Positions 46,704 through 55,162 of a stretch of 64,000 nucleotides of DNA are shown piece after piece. The position numbers were made by a program, and so were the translations under genes. The stretch is from an uncultured bacterium (GTDB taxonomy: Bacteria; Margulisbacteria; WOR-1; JAKLHX01), in contig CAZHHM010000001.1 in NCBI GenBank assembly GCA_964532225.1, forward strand, positions 22,846-86,845. The letters are read 5' to 3'. The notes below the pieces were generated by a model that searched no databases, was not told where the DNA came from, and was given only the letters and a program-made list of their open reading frames with translations. Each line of letters begins with the position of its first letter. Within the stretch, counting starts at the first letter, position 1.

Positions 46704-49477
46704 TATTTTTCTCCTCCGTATACGATCTCGAACGGTGCGAAGTTCTCTTTTTCGCTGTCATATTTGATGCCCAGGAAGTAAATGCCGGGCCGAACTGTCT
46801 TCCCTGAGAAATCCCTGCAATCCCAGAATACTTCGGCCAGAGGATTTATCTTAGAGAACCTGGTCCTTGCGGTGACATCCGAGACCTCGGTATCCATGGT
46901 GGGCATATATTTCAGGAGTTTGATCACAGCCCGTTTTCTGGCAAGGTCGAATTTTTCAAGAAGATATGCTTTGGCGTTCTCGCTCATGCCGTCGTTCCTG
47001 ATCAGCGCAGGGGCATCCTCCTTAAAGGTCATTGCCGCTGTCTCGGGGTCAACAAAGAACTTGAACAACCGGTCCTTTATCTCCGGTACCCGGGCGACGA
47101 TCCTGTCCCTTTCCACACTGCCCGTTGTAACATGTTCGGCGGAAAGCTCGCTCTCGGATTCTCTCAAAAGGAAGGCAAGTTTCTTTGTGGCATTACCGTC
47201 AGCGTCTATGTAGCCTTTATCCTTCAGTTCGCTCCAGAAAGCTTCAGTATCCTTGACCAGGCCCGTGAACTGCTCCTTTTTGTAGGCCATCCTGAATATC
47301 GAAGCTCTGTAGGTTACCAGTTCCGGGTCATTAGGCGTGGCAACAAGAAGCAGGCGTATGCGGTTCTTCTCTGCCGGACCTATCGTGAACGGATCGTTGT
47401 ATGGAGGTTCGAACACAATGTCTTCATGGTCCTTCATGTAATTTGCAGGGTTCACTTTTCCCGGAACGGACAGATCGTTAGTCTTTTCAGAATATCCAGG
47501 AGCGAAGGTCACGCCGCCGGAAATACTGCCGGTAAGACCGCTCAACAAGCTATGTGAAAGGTTAACGCCGGCGGTCCAGGGGGAAAAGCTGCCGGAAGTC
47601 GCGGTCCTGACCAGGTATTCTTTAACGGAGGGCTCTTTACCGGCGAGGTCATCTGGCAGCGAGACGCCCTGTTCTTTGTCCAGGTACTCCCAGATCGCCT
47701 CTCTCAGGAACACATGCGGTATGTTTAGCACGACCTCTTCGATGTTGTCCCTGAACACCAGATCGTCGCTTGAGACATCCTTGAACAAAAGGGCTTTATA
47801 TTCTTTGTTGTAGACCTCTTCCCCGAAACCGTATCTTTTGAGCATGTTCAGAAGGTCAGCTTTTCTTATAGAGACGCTTCCTGTATTCCTGATGTCCGTG
47901 AAGCGCTCGCCGGTCCCGCCTTTTCCGGTGAGATATCCGTTGCCGATAAGATGTTCCGCTATCTTTCTCCCTTCTCCGGGGAATTCATCGTCCATCTCAT
48001 CAATTACATCCTGCCTGTCGCGCTGAAAAGTGTAAGTAAAGATCAAGCCGAAGGAAAATGGTCGCCCTTTAAAATTGATGCCGAACGGGCTTTTAACCCC
48101 AAAATAGGCGCCGCCGGCAAAACGGCTTGCTTCCGTTCCGGTCTCGATCTTTCCGGTAAGTTCGGTCAAGCGGAGGGAGTTGATGTTCACTGATGATACG
48201 GCCCTGGCCATCACACGGCCGATAACAGGGAGCTTGAAAGGATAGCTGAATACCGTCGAGAGCTCGACGGGCGGGAGACGGTACCTGCCAAGACCCGGAG
48301 CAGCATCAAGCAACGCCCCCTTCATCTCGGGGGACGAGATCAGGGAGAAAATAAGAGCTAAAGGCACCACTGACGAAGAGACCTCTGTATCCATGCTCAA
48401 ACTCTCAACAATAAAGTTATTGAATGCTCTCTCAAGAGATACCCCGGCAGAGAACAGAGGCATTGAAAACGCTCCTTGAGGAAGAACGGCCCTGTAGCCG
48501 GTGTAAGGGCCTGCGAATATTCGGGTATTACCGGTAAAGAACAATCCGCCGGCTGACATTGACCCTTTAAATCTCAAACCTAGTATCGTGTCAGAGGATG
48601 TTTCGGCTTTGATCCCTGCAACGAACGATCGCCAGAGCGTGACGGATATCCCTGCGTCTTTTAATTCAATCGAAGGCGAAAAACCGCCGAAAAGCCCAAG
48701 TTTTCCGTTATTACCCAAACGGAAAGAGGCGAGGACCGAGAACAGCGAGTTTTCCGGCGCAAGGACCTTAAAGGCAGCATCATTTATCGCGGAGTTCAGC
48801 AGCGAGAAGCCGTCGTTCTTATCGGCAAGCATGTTCAATACATGGCCAGCGCAAGTGCCTATGGCCCTCTGGCGGGCTTCCGGGCTCATTTCTTTTTCCA
48901 TAAGTATATCGGTCAAACCCTCTATGGCGGAGGGGAACTTCTCTCCGAAGAACTTCGCCCCGTCCCTGTAATCCGTAAGAAGCAGAGACGCGTTCTCCTG
49001 CCTGCTGTTCTTTGGGTCCAAAGAGGCCGTGCCTTTCCAGCCCCGGAAAAAGTCGGCCACAGTCCTGCTGTCTATGCCCAGCGAGAAGATATTGTTACCG
49101 ATATAGTCTGCCAGTTGGGCGCCGTCGCCATCGCCAAAGCTGCCAACCGGGGTTTTAAGAAAATCCATTACATAGAAGTCCTTTGAAAAATGCTCGTATC
49201 CTAGCTTTGCCGATACACCGAAGGAGAACCTGCTTTCCCGGTATCTCATGTACTGATACTGTCTGTCGGGCCATCTTTCAAGTGTGTCGAAGCCTTTTGA
49301 GAATAGATACTGCCTCATGTCCTCCATTTGAGAAACGTCCCAGGCATTGCACTCGGCAACAGCCCTTCTTGCTTCTTCAAGCGAGTCTATCTGCCCGTTG
49401 CCGTTGCCGTGGTTGTCGGCGTACGAAAGATAAAGTTCCAGCTTTTTCGGGGCTTCAGAAATATTTATACTTCCCAT
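46703..49477 (-). CDS. Hypothetical protein (924 aa), larger paralog of the 331-aa protein: same N-terminal module, beta-rich middle, two NGYxDxDG modules, FlgD-Ig/CTD-like C-terminus
   Basis: N-terminus MGSINISEAPKKLELYLSYADNHGNGNGQID. C-terminus EVFWDCRDFSGKTVRPGIYFLGIKYD. Modules FWSELKDKGYIDADGNATKKLAF and IAEHLIGNGYLTGKGGTGERF. Confidence 0.6.
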   Translation of the reverse strand: MGSINISEAPKKLELYLSYADNHGNGNGQIDSLEEARRAVAECNAWDVSQMEDMRQYLFSKGFDTLERWPDRQYQYMRYRESRFSFGVSAKLGYEHFSKDFYVMDFLKTPVGSFGDGDGAQLADYIGNNIFSLGIDSRTVADFFRGWKGTASLDPKNSRQENASLLLTDYRDGAKFFGEKFPSAIEGLTDILMEKEMSPEARQRAIGTCAGHVLNMLADKNDGFSLLNSAINDAAFKVLAPENSLFSVLASFRLGNNGKLGLFGGFSPSIELKDAGISVTLWRSFVAGIKAETSSDTILGLRFKGSMSAGGLFFTGNTRIFAGPYTGYRAVLPQGAFSMPLFSAGVSLERAFNNFIVESLSMDTEVSSSVVPLALIFSLISSPEMKGALLDAAPGLGRYRLPPVELSTVFSYPFKLPVIGRVMARAVSSVNINSLRLTELTGKIETGTEASRFAGGAYFGVKSPFGINFKGRPFSFGLIFTYTFQRDRQDVIDEMDDEFPGEGRKIAEHLIGNGYLTGKGGTGERFTDIRNTGSVSIRKADLLNMLKRYGFGEEVYNKEYKALLFKDVSSDDLVFRDNIEEVVLNIPHVFLREAIWEYLDKEQGVSLPDDLAGKEPSVKEYLVRTATSGSFSPWTAGVNLSHSLLSGLTGSISGGVTFAPGYSEKTNDLSVPGKVNPANYMKDHEDIVFEPPYNDPFTIGPAEKNRIRLLLVATPNDPELVTYRASIFRMAYKKEQFTGLVKDTEAFWSELKDKGYIDADGNATKKLAFLLRESESELSAEHVTTGSVERDRIVARVPEIKDRLFKFFVDPETAAMTFKEDAPALIRNDGMSENAKAYLLEKFDLARKRAVIKLLKYMPTMDTEVSDVTARTRFSKINPLAEVFWDCRDFSGKTVRPGIYFLGIKYDSEKENFAPFEIVYGGEK

Positions 49478-49489
49478 CTCCGGACCTCC

Positions 49490-49702
49490 TTAATTAATGT
49501 ATTCCCTTATCCCGCCGCAAAGTCCGGGGTTAAGGCGCTCAAGCTCCTGCAGGATATCATCCGCGTCCCTCTCGTACAGCTTCATGAATTCCGCCGCTGT
49601 CTCCCTGTCGTCCCCTGCGAATTTATCCAGAAGATACGCCACTGTTTTTGCTTTATTAGAGCCGCAATTAGAGGATACCGGCCTTATCGATGTTATTTTC
49701 AT
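49490..49702 (-). CDS. Small hypothetical protein (70 aa), first gene of the minus-strand operon
   Basis: Strong RBS AAGGAG 7 nt upstream of the ATG; sequence MKITSIRPVSSNCGSNKAKTVAYLLDKFAGDDRETAAEFMKLYERDADDILQELERLNPGLCGGIREYIN; 12-nt gap to the next gene. Confidence 0.4.
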   Translation of the reverse strand: MKITSIRPVSSNCGSNKAKTVAYLLDKFAGDDRETAAEFMKLYERDADDILQELERLNPGLCGGIREYIN

Positions 49703-49723
49703 TGGTCCGCTCCTTTCTTAGTT

Positions 49724-49740
49724 CCTTACTGCAGTAAAGG
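49724..49740. promoter_or_regulatory. Near-perfect palindrome CCTTACTGCAGTAAAGG in the divergent intergenic region (candidate operator)
   Basis: Read directly; centred on CTGCAG, between the small ORF / operon start and the MBL-fold gene. Confidence 0.3.
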
Positions 49741-49757
49741 AGCAATTTACCCGCCGT

Positions 49758-49825
49758 TGGGGGCGGGGAGCAGGGAAGGGGGGAAGAGGGAACGGGGAAC
49801 GGGGAACAGGGAACAGGGAACGGGC
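49758..49825 (+). repeat. G-rich polypurine heptamer repeat (RGGGAAC)n, second copy of the element at 17388-17430
   Basis: GGGGCGGGGAGCAGGGAAGGGGGGAAGAGGGAACGGGGAACGGGGAACAGGGAACAGGGAACGGG, ending 23 nt upstream of the MBL gene ATG. Confidence 0.6.
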
Positions 49826-49847
49826 AAATGAGTGATAAAATTGAAGT

Positions 49848-50603
49848 ATGGACTTCATTAAATTCCTTGGCACAGCGGGCGCGAGGATAGCAGTTGCCCG
49901 GCAGGCAAGGGCTTCCGGAGGGATATGGCTGCGTCTTGACGGAGTGAACCTTCAGATAGATCCCGGTCCTGGAGCGCTGGTGAAATGCTTTGAGTCCAGG
50001 CCGAAACTTGACCCGACCTCGCTTGACGCGATACTTCTTTCGCACAAACATCTTGACCACAGCGGCGACATAAATGCCATGATCGAGGCCATGACGCTGG
50101 GAGGTCACGCGAAAAAAGGCGAGATCTTCGTTCCGCGCGATGCCCTTAACGGCGACAGGGTGGTCCACGAGTACAACAGAGTATATTTGGAAAAAGTGAA
50201 CGTTCTTAAGGAAGGTTCTAAGTATGAGGTCGGAGGTTTGAAGTTCGAGACGCCGGTCAGGCATATACACGGGTGCGAGACCTTCGGCTTCAGGTTCAGG
50301 GGAAAGAACTGTTCGGTATCCTATATAACAGATACTGATTATTTCAATAAACTGGCGCTCAAATACAAAGCGGATGTCCTTATAATCTCCGTCCTTACGG
50401 AGAACGAGAACAGGTTCGACCACCTTTGTATAAACGAAGCCGGTTCGATAATCGAGCGTATAAGACCGAAAATCGCCATCCTTACGCATTTCGGTATAAA
50501 GATGATAGAGGCCGGTCCGGAGAGGATAGCCAGGGACCTTTCCAGAAGGACAGGGGTCCGCATCATCGCCGCGCGGGACGGACTTCGCGTGCCTTTGCGT
50601 TGA
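49848..50603 (+). CDS. MBL-fold metallo-hydrolase
   Basis: LSHKHLDHSGD (HxHxDH) motif; 251 aa. Confidence 0.8.
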   Translation: MDFIKFLGTAGARIAVARQARASGGIWLRLDGVNLQIDPGPGALVKCFESRPKLDPTSLDAILLSHKHLDHSGDINAMIEAMTLGGHAKKGEIFVPRDALNGDRVVHEYNRVYLEKVNVLKEGSKYEVGGLKFETPVRHIHGCETFGFRFRGKNCSVSYITDTDYFNKLALKYKADVLIISVLTENENRFDHLCINEAGSIIERIRPKIAILTHFGIKMIEAGPERIARDLSRRTGVRIIAARDGLRVPLR

Positions 50604-50629
50604 ACTGGTAGATGTAAATAGTATATAAT
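50600..50629 (+). promoter_or_regulatory. Sigma70-like promoter TTGAAC-18-TATAAT upstream of secD
   Basis: TTGAAC 50600-50605, TATAAT 50624-50629, ATG at 50644. Confidence 0.4.
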
Positions 50630-50643
50630 CAAAAAAGTTAATT

Positions 50644-51990
50644 ATGGGCGAGAACATCACAAAGCTGAAGGTCCTGGGAATAATCGCGCTTGTCGCAGCG
50701 AGCATAGGCGTGGTCTACAAGCTGCCTATGGTGCAGGGCCTTGATATTCAGGGCGGGACGAGGATAGTCCTTGAGGCGCAGTCAACTCCCGAGCTGAAGG
50801 TCAACGACGATTCCATGTCAGGCGTCTCGGCTGTCATCAGGAACAGGATAGACGCGCTTGGAGTGACCGAGCCGACGATACAGAGGAAAGGCGCGAACCA
50901 GATAGTAGTGGAGCTCCCCGGGATAAAAGACCCCGAGCACGCCATCAAGGTCATCGGCGAAACGGCGCTTCTTGAGTTCATCGATTCCGAGTGGTCGCCG
51001 GGGGACGAAAAAGCGCTTCCGCCATCGAAAGTGGAAGAAGTGTACGGAGCAGGCGCAAGGCTTGACCGGGTCATAGAAAAAGAAGGCGACAGGGTAGTCA
51101 GCGATCAGCCGATCATCCTCAAGGGCACGGTGCTGACGGGAGCCGACCTTAAAGGAGCATGGCCGGGCGTTGACGGGTACGGCAACCCGGTGGTGGACAT
51201 AGAGTTCAATGCCAAGGGCGCGGGCACTTTTGCCAACGCGACCGAAAGGCTTGTAGGCAAGCCGATAGCGATAATGCTCGACAAAAAGATAATATCAGCT
51301 CCCACGGTGAGGGAGCCGATCCCCAACGGAAGGGCGCAGATATCCGGCAATTTCAAGATAGAAGAGGTGCAGGACCTCGTTGTTCAGCTGCGCGGAGGCT
51401 CTCTTCCGGTACCGGTAAAGCCGCTTGAAACAAAGATCGTCGGCCCAACTCTCGGCAAGGACTCACTTGATAAAAGCAAATTCGCCGGACTGGTGGGCAT
51501 CGCTTTCATCGTGGTGTTCATGATATCCATATACAGGCTGCCGGGCTTCCTGTCGCTTGTATCGCTGTTCATATATTTCTTCCTGACGCTTGCAGGGTTG
51601 ACGCTCCTTCGCACGACGCTTACTCTGCCCGGTGTTGCAGGCTTCCTGCTCTCGATAGGCATGGCAGTTGATGCAAATATAATCATCTTTGAAAGGTTCA
51701 AAGAAGAGCTGCAGGCAGGCAAGAACCTCAGGGTGGCGGTCGACCTGTCGTTCAAGAGGGCTTTTGCCGCCATTCTCGATTCGAACGTAACAACGCTTAT
51801 CGCCGCGGCCATGCTTTTCTTTATGGGCACCGGCACCATCAAAGGATTCGCGGTCACGCTCAGCGTCGGCATACTTGCCAGCATGTTCACCGCCATCACA
51901 ATAACAAAGTTCTTCATGGACCTGCTCATCGACTGGAAGTTGGTCGATTCTGCTGAGTCAAAAATGCTGTACAGAGGATTCCGCAAATGA
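50644..51990 (+). CDS. secD: Protein translocase subunit SecD
   Basis: N-terminal TM helix, periplasmic domain with GLDIQGGTRIVLEA and TEPTIQRKGANQIVVELPG, and a C-terminal 6-TM bundle. Confidence 0.9.
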   Translation: MGENITKLKVLGIIALVAASIGVVYKLPMVQGLDIQGGTRIVLEAQSTPELKVNDDSMSGVSAVIRNRIDALGVTEPTIQRKGANQIVVELPGIKDPEHAIKVIGETALLEFIDSEWSPGDEKALPPSKVEEVYGAGARLDRVIEKEGDRVVSDQPIILKGTVLTGADLKGAWPGVDGYGNPVVDIEFNAKGAGTFANATERLVGKPIAIMLDKKIISAPTVREPIPNGRAQISGNFKIEEVQDLVVQLRGGSLPVPVKPLETKIVGPTLGKDSLDKSKFAGLVGIAFIVVFMISIYRLPGFLSLVSLFIYFFLTLAGLTLLRTTLTLPGVAGFLLSIGMAVDANIIIFERFKEELQAGKNLRVAVDLSFKRAFAAILDSNVTTLIAAAMLFFMGTGTIKGFAVTLSVGILASMFTAITITKFFMDLLIDWKLVDSAESKMLYRGFRK

Positions 51991-52889
51991 ACATTATCGG
52001 CAAATCAAAAGTATGGTTCACTCTGTCGGCAATAATGCTGGCTGTAAGTTTAGCGGGTTTCGGCTATAACCTCATGTTCCGCGGCAGCCTGATGAACTTC
52101 GGGATAGATTTTAGCGGAGGCACGATACTCACTCTCAGGTTCGACGAAAAAGCGCAGATCACCTCGAATTTCAGGCAGGTGAGGGAATCGCTTCAGAAAT
52201 TCAAGTTCAAGGACAGCGTTATCCAGACGATAGGAGAAAATGACATCACGATAAGGACCGAGCCGATAGAGAGCGAAAAAAGGACACTGGTGATACAGGA
52301 CCTGTCGGCCAAGTTCGGGAATGTTGAGCTGCTGGAGGCCGATACCATCGGGCCGGTCATCGGCAAGGAACTTAGGACCCAGGCTTTCTGGGCTCTTCTT
52401 CTGGCGTCATTGGGGATCCTTATCTATGTCACGTTCAGGTTCGAGTTCAGATACGCTCTGGCCGCGCTCCTGGCGCTGCTGCATGACGCATTTATCACGA
52501 TAGGCATCATAGCTATCCTCTGGAGGTCCGTGGACACTCCGTTCATTGCGGCCATACTTACTATACTGGGTTATTCAATAAACGACACGATAATAATATT
52601 TGACAGGATAAGGGAGAATATCCTTCATCCCAAGAAGACAAGGGAACCTTTCGAGCAGACCGTGAACGACAGCATCAACCAGACAATGGCAAGGTCCATA
52701 AATACCGTATTGACCGTGCTCTTCATGAACGTCTGCCTGCTCCTGTTCGGCGGCGTGACGCTTAAAGACTTCGCTCTGACGCTCCTCATCGGCTTCACTT
52801 TGGGCGCGTATTCCTCAATATTCATCGCAAGCCCGATACTTGTCTACCTGGAGAACAGAGTTGCCGGCCAAAAAAAACGAGGTTCGTGA
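51987..52889 (+). CDS. secF: Protein translocase subunit SecF
   Basis: 300 aa; GIDFSGGT motif and a 6-TM C-terminal domain; overlaps the secD stop by 4 nt. Confidence 0.9.
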   Translation: MNIIGKSKVWFTLSAIMLAVSLAGFGYNLMFRGSLMNFGIDFSGGTILTLRFDEKAQITSNFRQVRESLQKFKFKDSVIQTIGENDITIRTEPIESEKRTLVIQDLSAKFGNVELLEADTIGPVIGKELRTQAFWALLLASLGILIYVTFRFEFRYALAALLALLHDAFITIGIIAILWRSVDTPFIAAILTILGYSINDTIIIFDRIRENILHPKKTREPFEQTVNDSINQTMARSINTVLTVLFMNVCLLLFGGVTLKDFALTLLIGFTLGAYSSIFIASPILVYLENRVAGQKKRGS

Positions 52890-55152
52890 AACTGAAGGCC
52901 ACCGCCACACGATAGGCGGGATACTGCTCATCGCGCTCGCGATATATATCCTTTTCTGCTCGGTATCATCTTCAACGTCCACAGGCTGGATGGGGCTTCT
53001 GGGCATGTGGGGCGTAAAATGGCTGCTTGAAAAGATAGTCGGCTTCGGCGTGTTCCTCCTTCCTCTTCTCCTTACATTCATGGGCTCCATAATGCTGACC
53101 CGGCAGGAACCCAGGTCGCTAAGGATAAGGATGATCGGGTTTGCTCTGTTCTTTCTTACCTTCATCACTACATCGCAAAGGCTGTTCGAGGACTATTATG
53201 TTGACACGCCGCAGGTCTTTTTGAAGGGCGGCGGGGGCATGGTGGGATGGCTGTTCGACTATATCTTCATGAGCCTTATCGGACAGATGGGCACTTTTAT
53301 AATACTTTCTGCGATGCTCCTGATCTCGCTGATCCTCATTTTCAACATCACGTCCGTTGAGGCTTTTATGTCATTCTTCAGCAGGATGGTCCCGGAAAAA
53401 GGGCCGGAAAAGATACAGCCGAAAAAGCAGCCGAAAAAAGTGAATATTTCCGTGCCTATCATGGACGGCCTTCCGGATAAGAGCATCGCGGCACAGCTTC
53501 CGCTCATAAAGGACATAAAACCTAAAGAAGAGCCGGTCTTTGAAATGCCGGAGCCGAAGATAGAGCAGAAGATAGAGATAAGCCAGAGCGACATATCGCT
53601 TGAAATGCCGCAAAAGCCCCAAAAGAAGTACAAAAGGCATACATACAAGCTACCTTCTCTCGAGCTCTTGAACACGCTGACCGAAAAAGAAAAGCAAAAG
53701 GCCCTGAAGCTGAGAGAACTTACTCAGCAGAGGAAGAACGACCTTGAAAGAGCCCTGCAGAGCTTTGGAGTGGGGGCCCAGGTCGTTAATATCAGTATCG
53801 GCCCTGCGGTCACAAGGTTCGAAGTACAGCCGGACCCGGGCGTTAAAGTAAGCAAGATCGCCAATCTCGCGGATGATATAGCGCTCAATCTTGCTTCAGG
53901 CGGTGTCAGGATGGAGGCTCCGGTGTTCGGCAAATCGGTCGTAGGTATTGAGGTCCCGAACCCGACGGTCACCCCCGTACATCTGGGCGAGATCGCAAGG
54001 ACGGCCGAGTTCACGCAGAACGAATCAAAGCTGTATATCGGCATAGGCAAGGATATCGCAGGCACACCTATATTCGGCGATCTTTCAAAAATGCCGCACA
54101 TACTGATCGCAGGAACGACGGGTTCCGGTAAGAGCGTGGCCATCAACTCGCTCATAACGAGCATACTTCTGCGCGCAAGGCCTGACGAGGTGAAGTTCAT
54201 TATGATAGACCCTAAAATGGTCGAGCTCGCGACCTACATGGACATACCGCATCTTATGGCGCCTGTTGTCACCGACCCGAGAAAAGCATCGGCGACGCTG
54301 AGGGACTGGGTAATAAAAGAGATGGAGCGCCGCTACAAGGACTTTTTCAACCTGGGGGTCAGGAATATCGAGGCATACAACCGCAAGGCCGAAGCTCTTG
54401 AAGGAAAAAAAGACGATGATACGCTAGTCCCGGAGCGCCTGCCGTATATCGTCGTGATCATCGACGAGCTGGCAGACCTCATGATGGTCGCGGCGGCTGA
54501 GGTAGAGACCTCGATATGCCGCATTGCACAGCTGGCACGCGCAACGGGCATACATCTTGTGGTCGCTACACAAAGGCCCTCAGTGGACGTTATCACGGGA
54601 CTGATCAAGGCCAATATCCCGTCAAGGGTATCGTTCGCCGTGGCCACGCAGATAGACTCAAGGGTCATACTTGATATGAGCGGGGCAGAGAAACTTCTCG
54701 GAAGGGGCGACATGCTCTATTCGCCTATAGGCGCGATGAAGCCTACCAGGGTACAGGGAGCTTTTGTAAGCGACGATGAGATCGAAAGGATAGTCAGCTT
54801 CATAAAAGAGCAGGCATCCCCCGAATACTCCGAAGAGATACTTAACATCAAGGTCAACGGGGATAAGCCCGGCGCGCCCGGCCAGCAGGGAGGACCAGAA
54901 AGGGATGAGCTGTTCGCCGAAGCCGCAAAGATCATCATCGAGGGGGGGCAGGCATCCACATCGCATCTGCAAAGAAGGATGAGGATAGGCTACAACAGAG
55001 CGGCCAGGCTCATGGATGAGCTTACCGACGCCGGTGTGGTCTCGCAGCCCGAAGGGGAGAACAAGCCAAGAAAGATACTCAAGTCGATGTCCGACCTTGC
55101 TTCAATGGGGTATCTTGACGGCGACGGCGGCCCGGACTATCCGAAGTTCTGA
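52861..55152 (+). CDS. ftsK: DNA translocase FtsK/SpoIIIE
   Basis: N-terminal TM helices; motor domain with Walker A GTTGSGKSVAINS and Walker B IVVIIDELAD; C-terminal winged-helix gamma domain (GGQASTSHLQRRMRIGYNRAARLMDEL). Start uncertain: the track uses TTG 52840, I prefer TTG 52861. Confidence 0.85.
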   Translation: MPAKKNEVRETEGHRHTIGGILLIALAIYILFCSVSSSTSTGWMGLLGMWGVKWLLEKIVGFGVFLLPLLLTFMGSIMLTRQEPRSLRIRMIGFALFFLTFITTSQRLFEDYYVDTPQVFLKGGGGMVGWLFDYIFMSLIGQMGTFIILSAMLLISLILIFNITSVEAFMSFFSRMVPEKGPEKIQPKKQPKKVNISVPIMDGLPDKSIAAQLPLIKDIKPKEEPVFEMPEPKIEQKIEISQSDISLEMPQKPQKKYKRHTYKLPSLELLNTLTEKEKQKALKLRELTQQRKNDLERALQSFGVGAQVVNISIGPAVTRFEVQPDPGVKVSKIANLADDIALNLASGGVRMEAPVFGKSVVGIEVPNPTVTPVHLGEIARTAEFTQNESKLYIGIGKDIAGTPIFGDLSKMPHILIAGTTGSGKSVAINSLITSILLRARPDEVKFIMIDPKMVELATYMDIPHLMAPVVTDPRKASATLRDWVIKEMERRYKDFFNLGVRNIEAYNRKAEALEGKKDDDTLVPERLPYIVVIIDELADLMMVAAAEVETSICRIAQLARATGIHLVVATQRPSVDVITGLIKANIPSRVSFAVATQIDSRVILDMSGAEKLLGRGDMLYSPIGAMKPTRVQGAFVSDDEIERIVSFIKEQASPEYSEEILNIKVNGDKPGAPGQQGGPERDELFAEAAKIIIEGGQASTSHLQRRMRIGYNRAARLMDELTDAGVVSQPEGENKPRKILKSMSDLASMGYLDGDGGPDYPKF

Positions 55153-55162
55153 ACGGGAGCCA

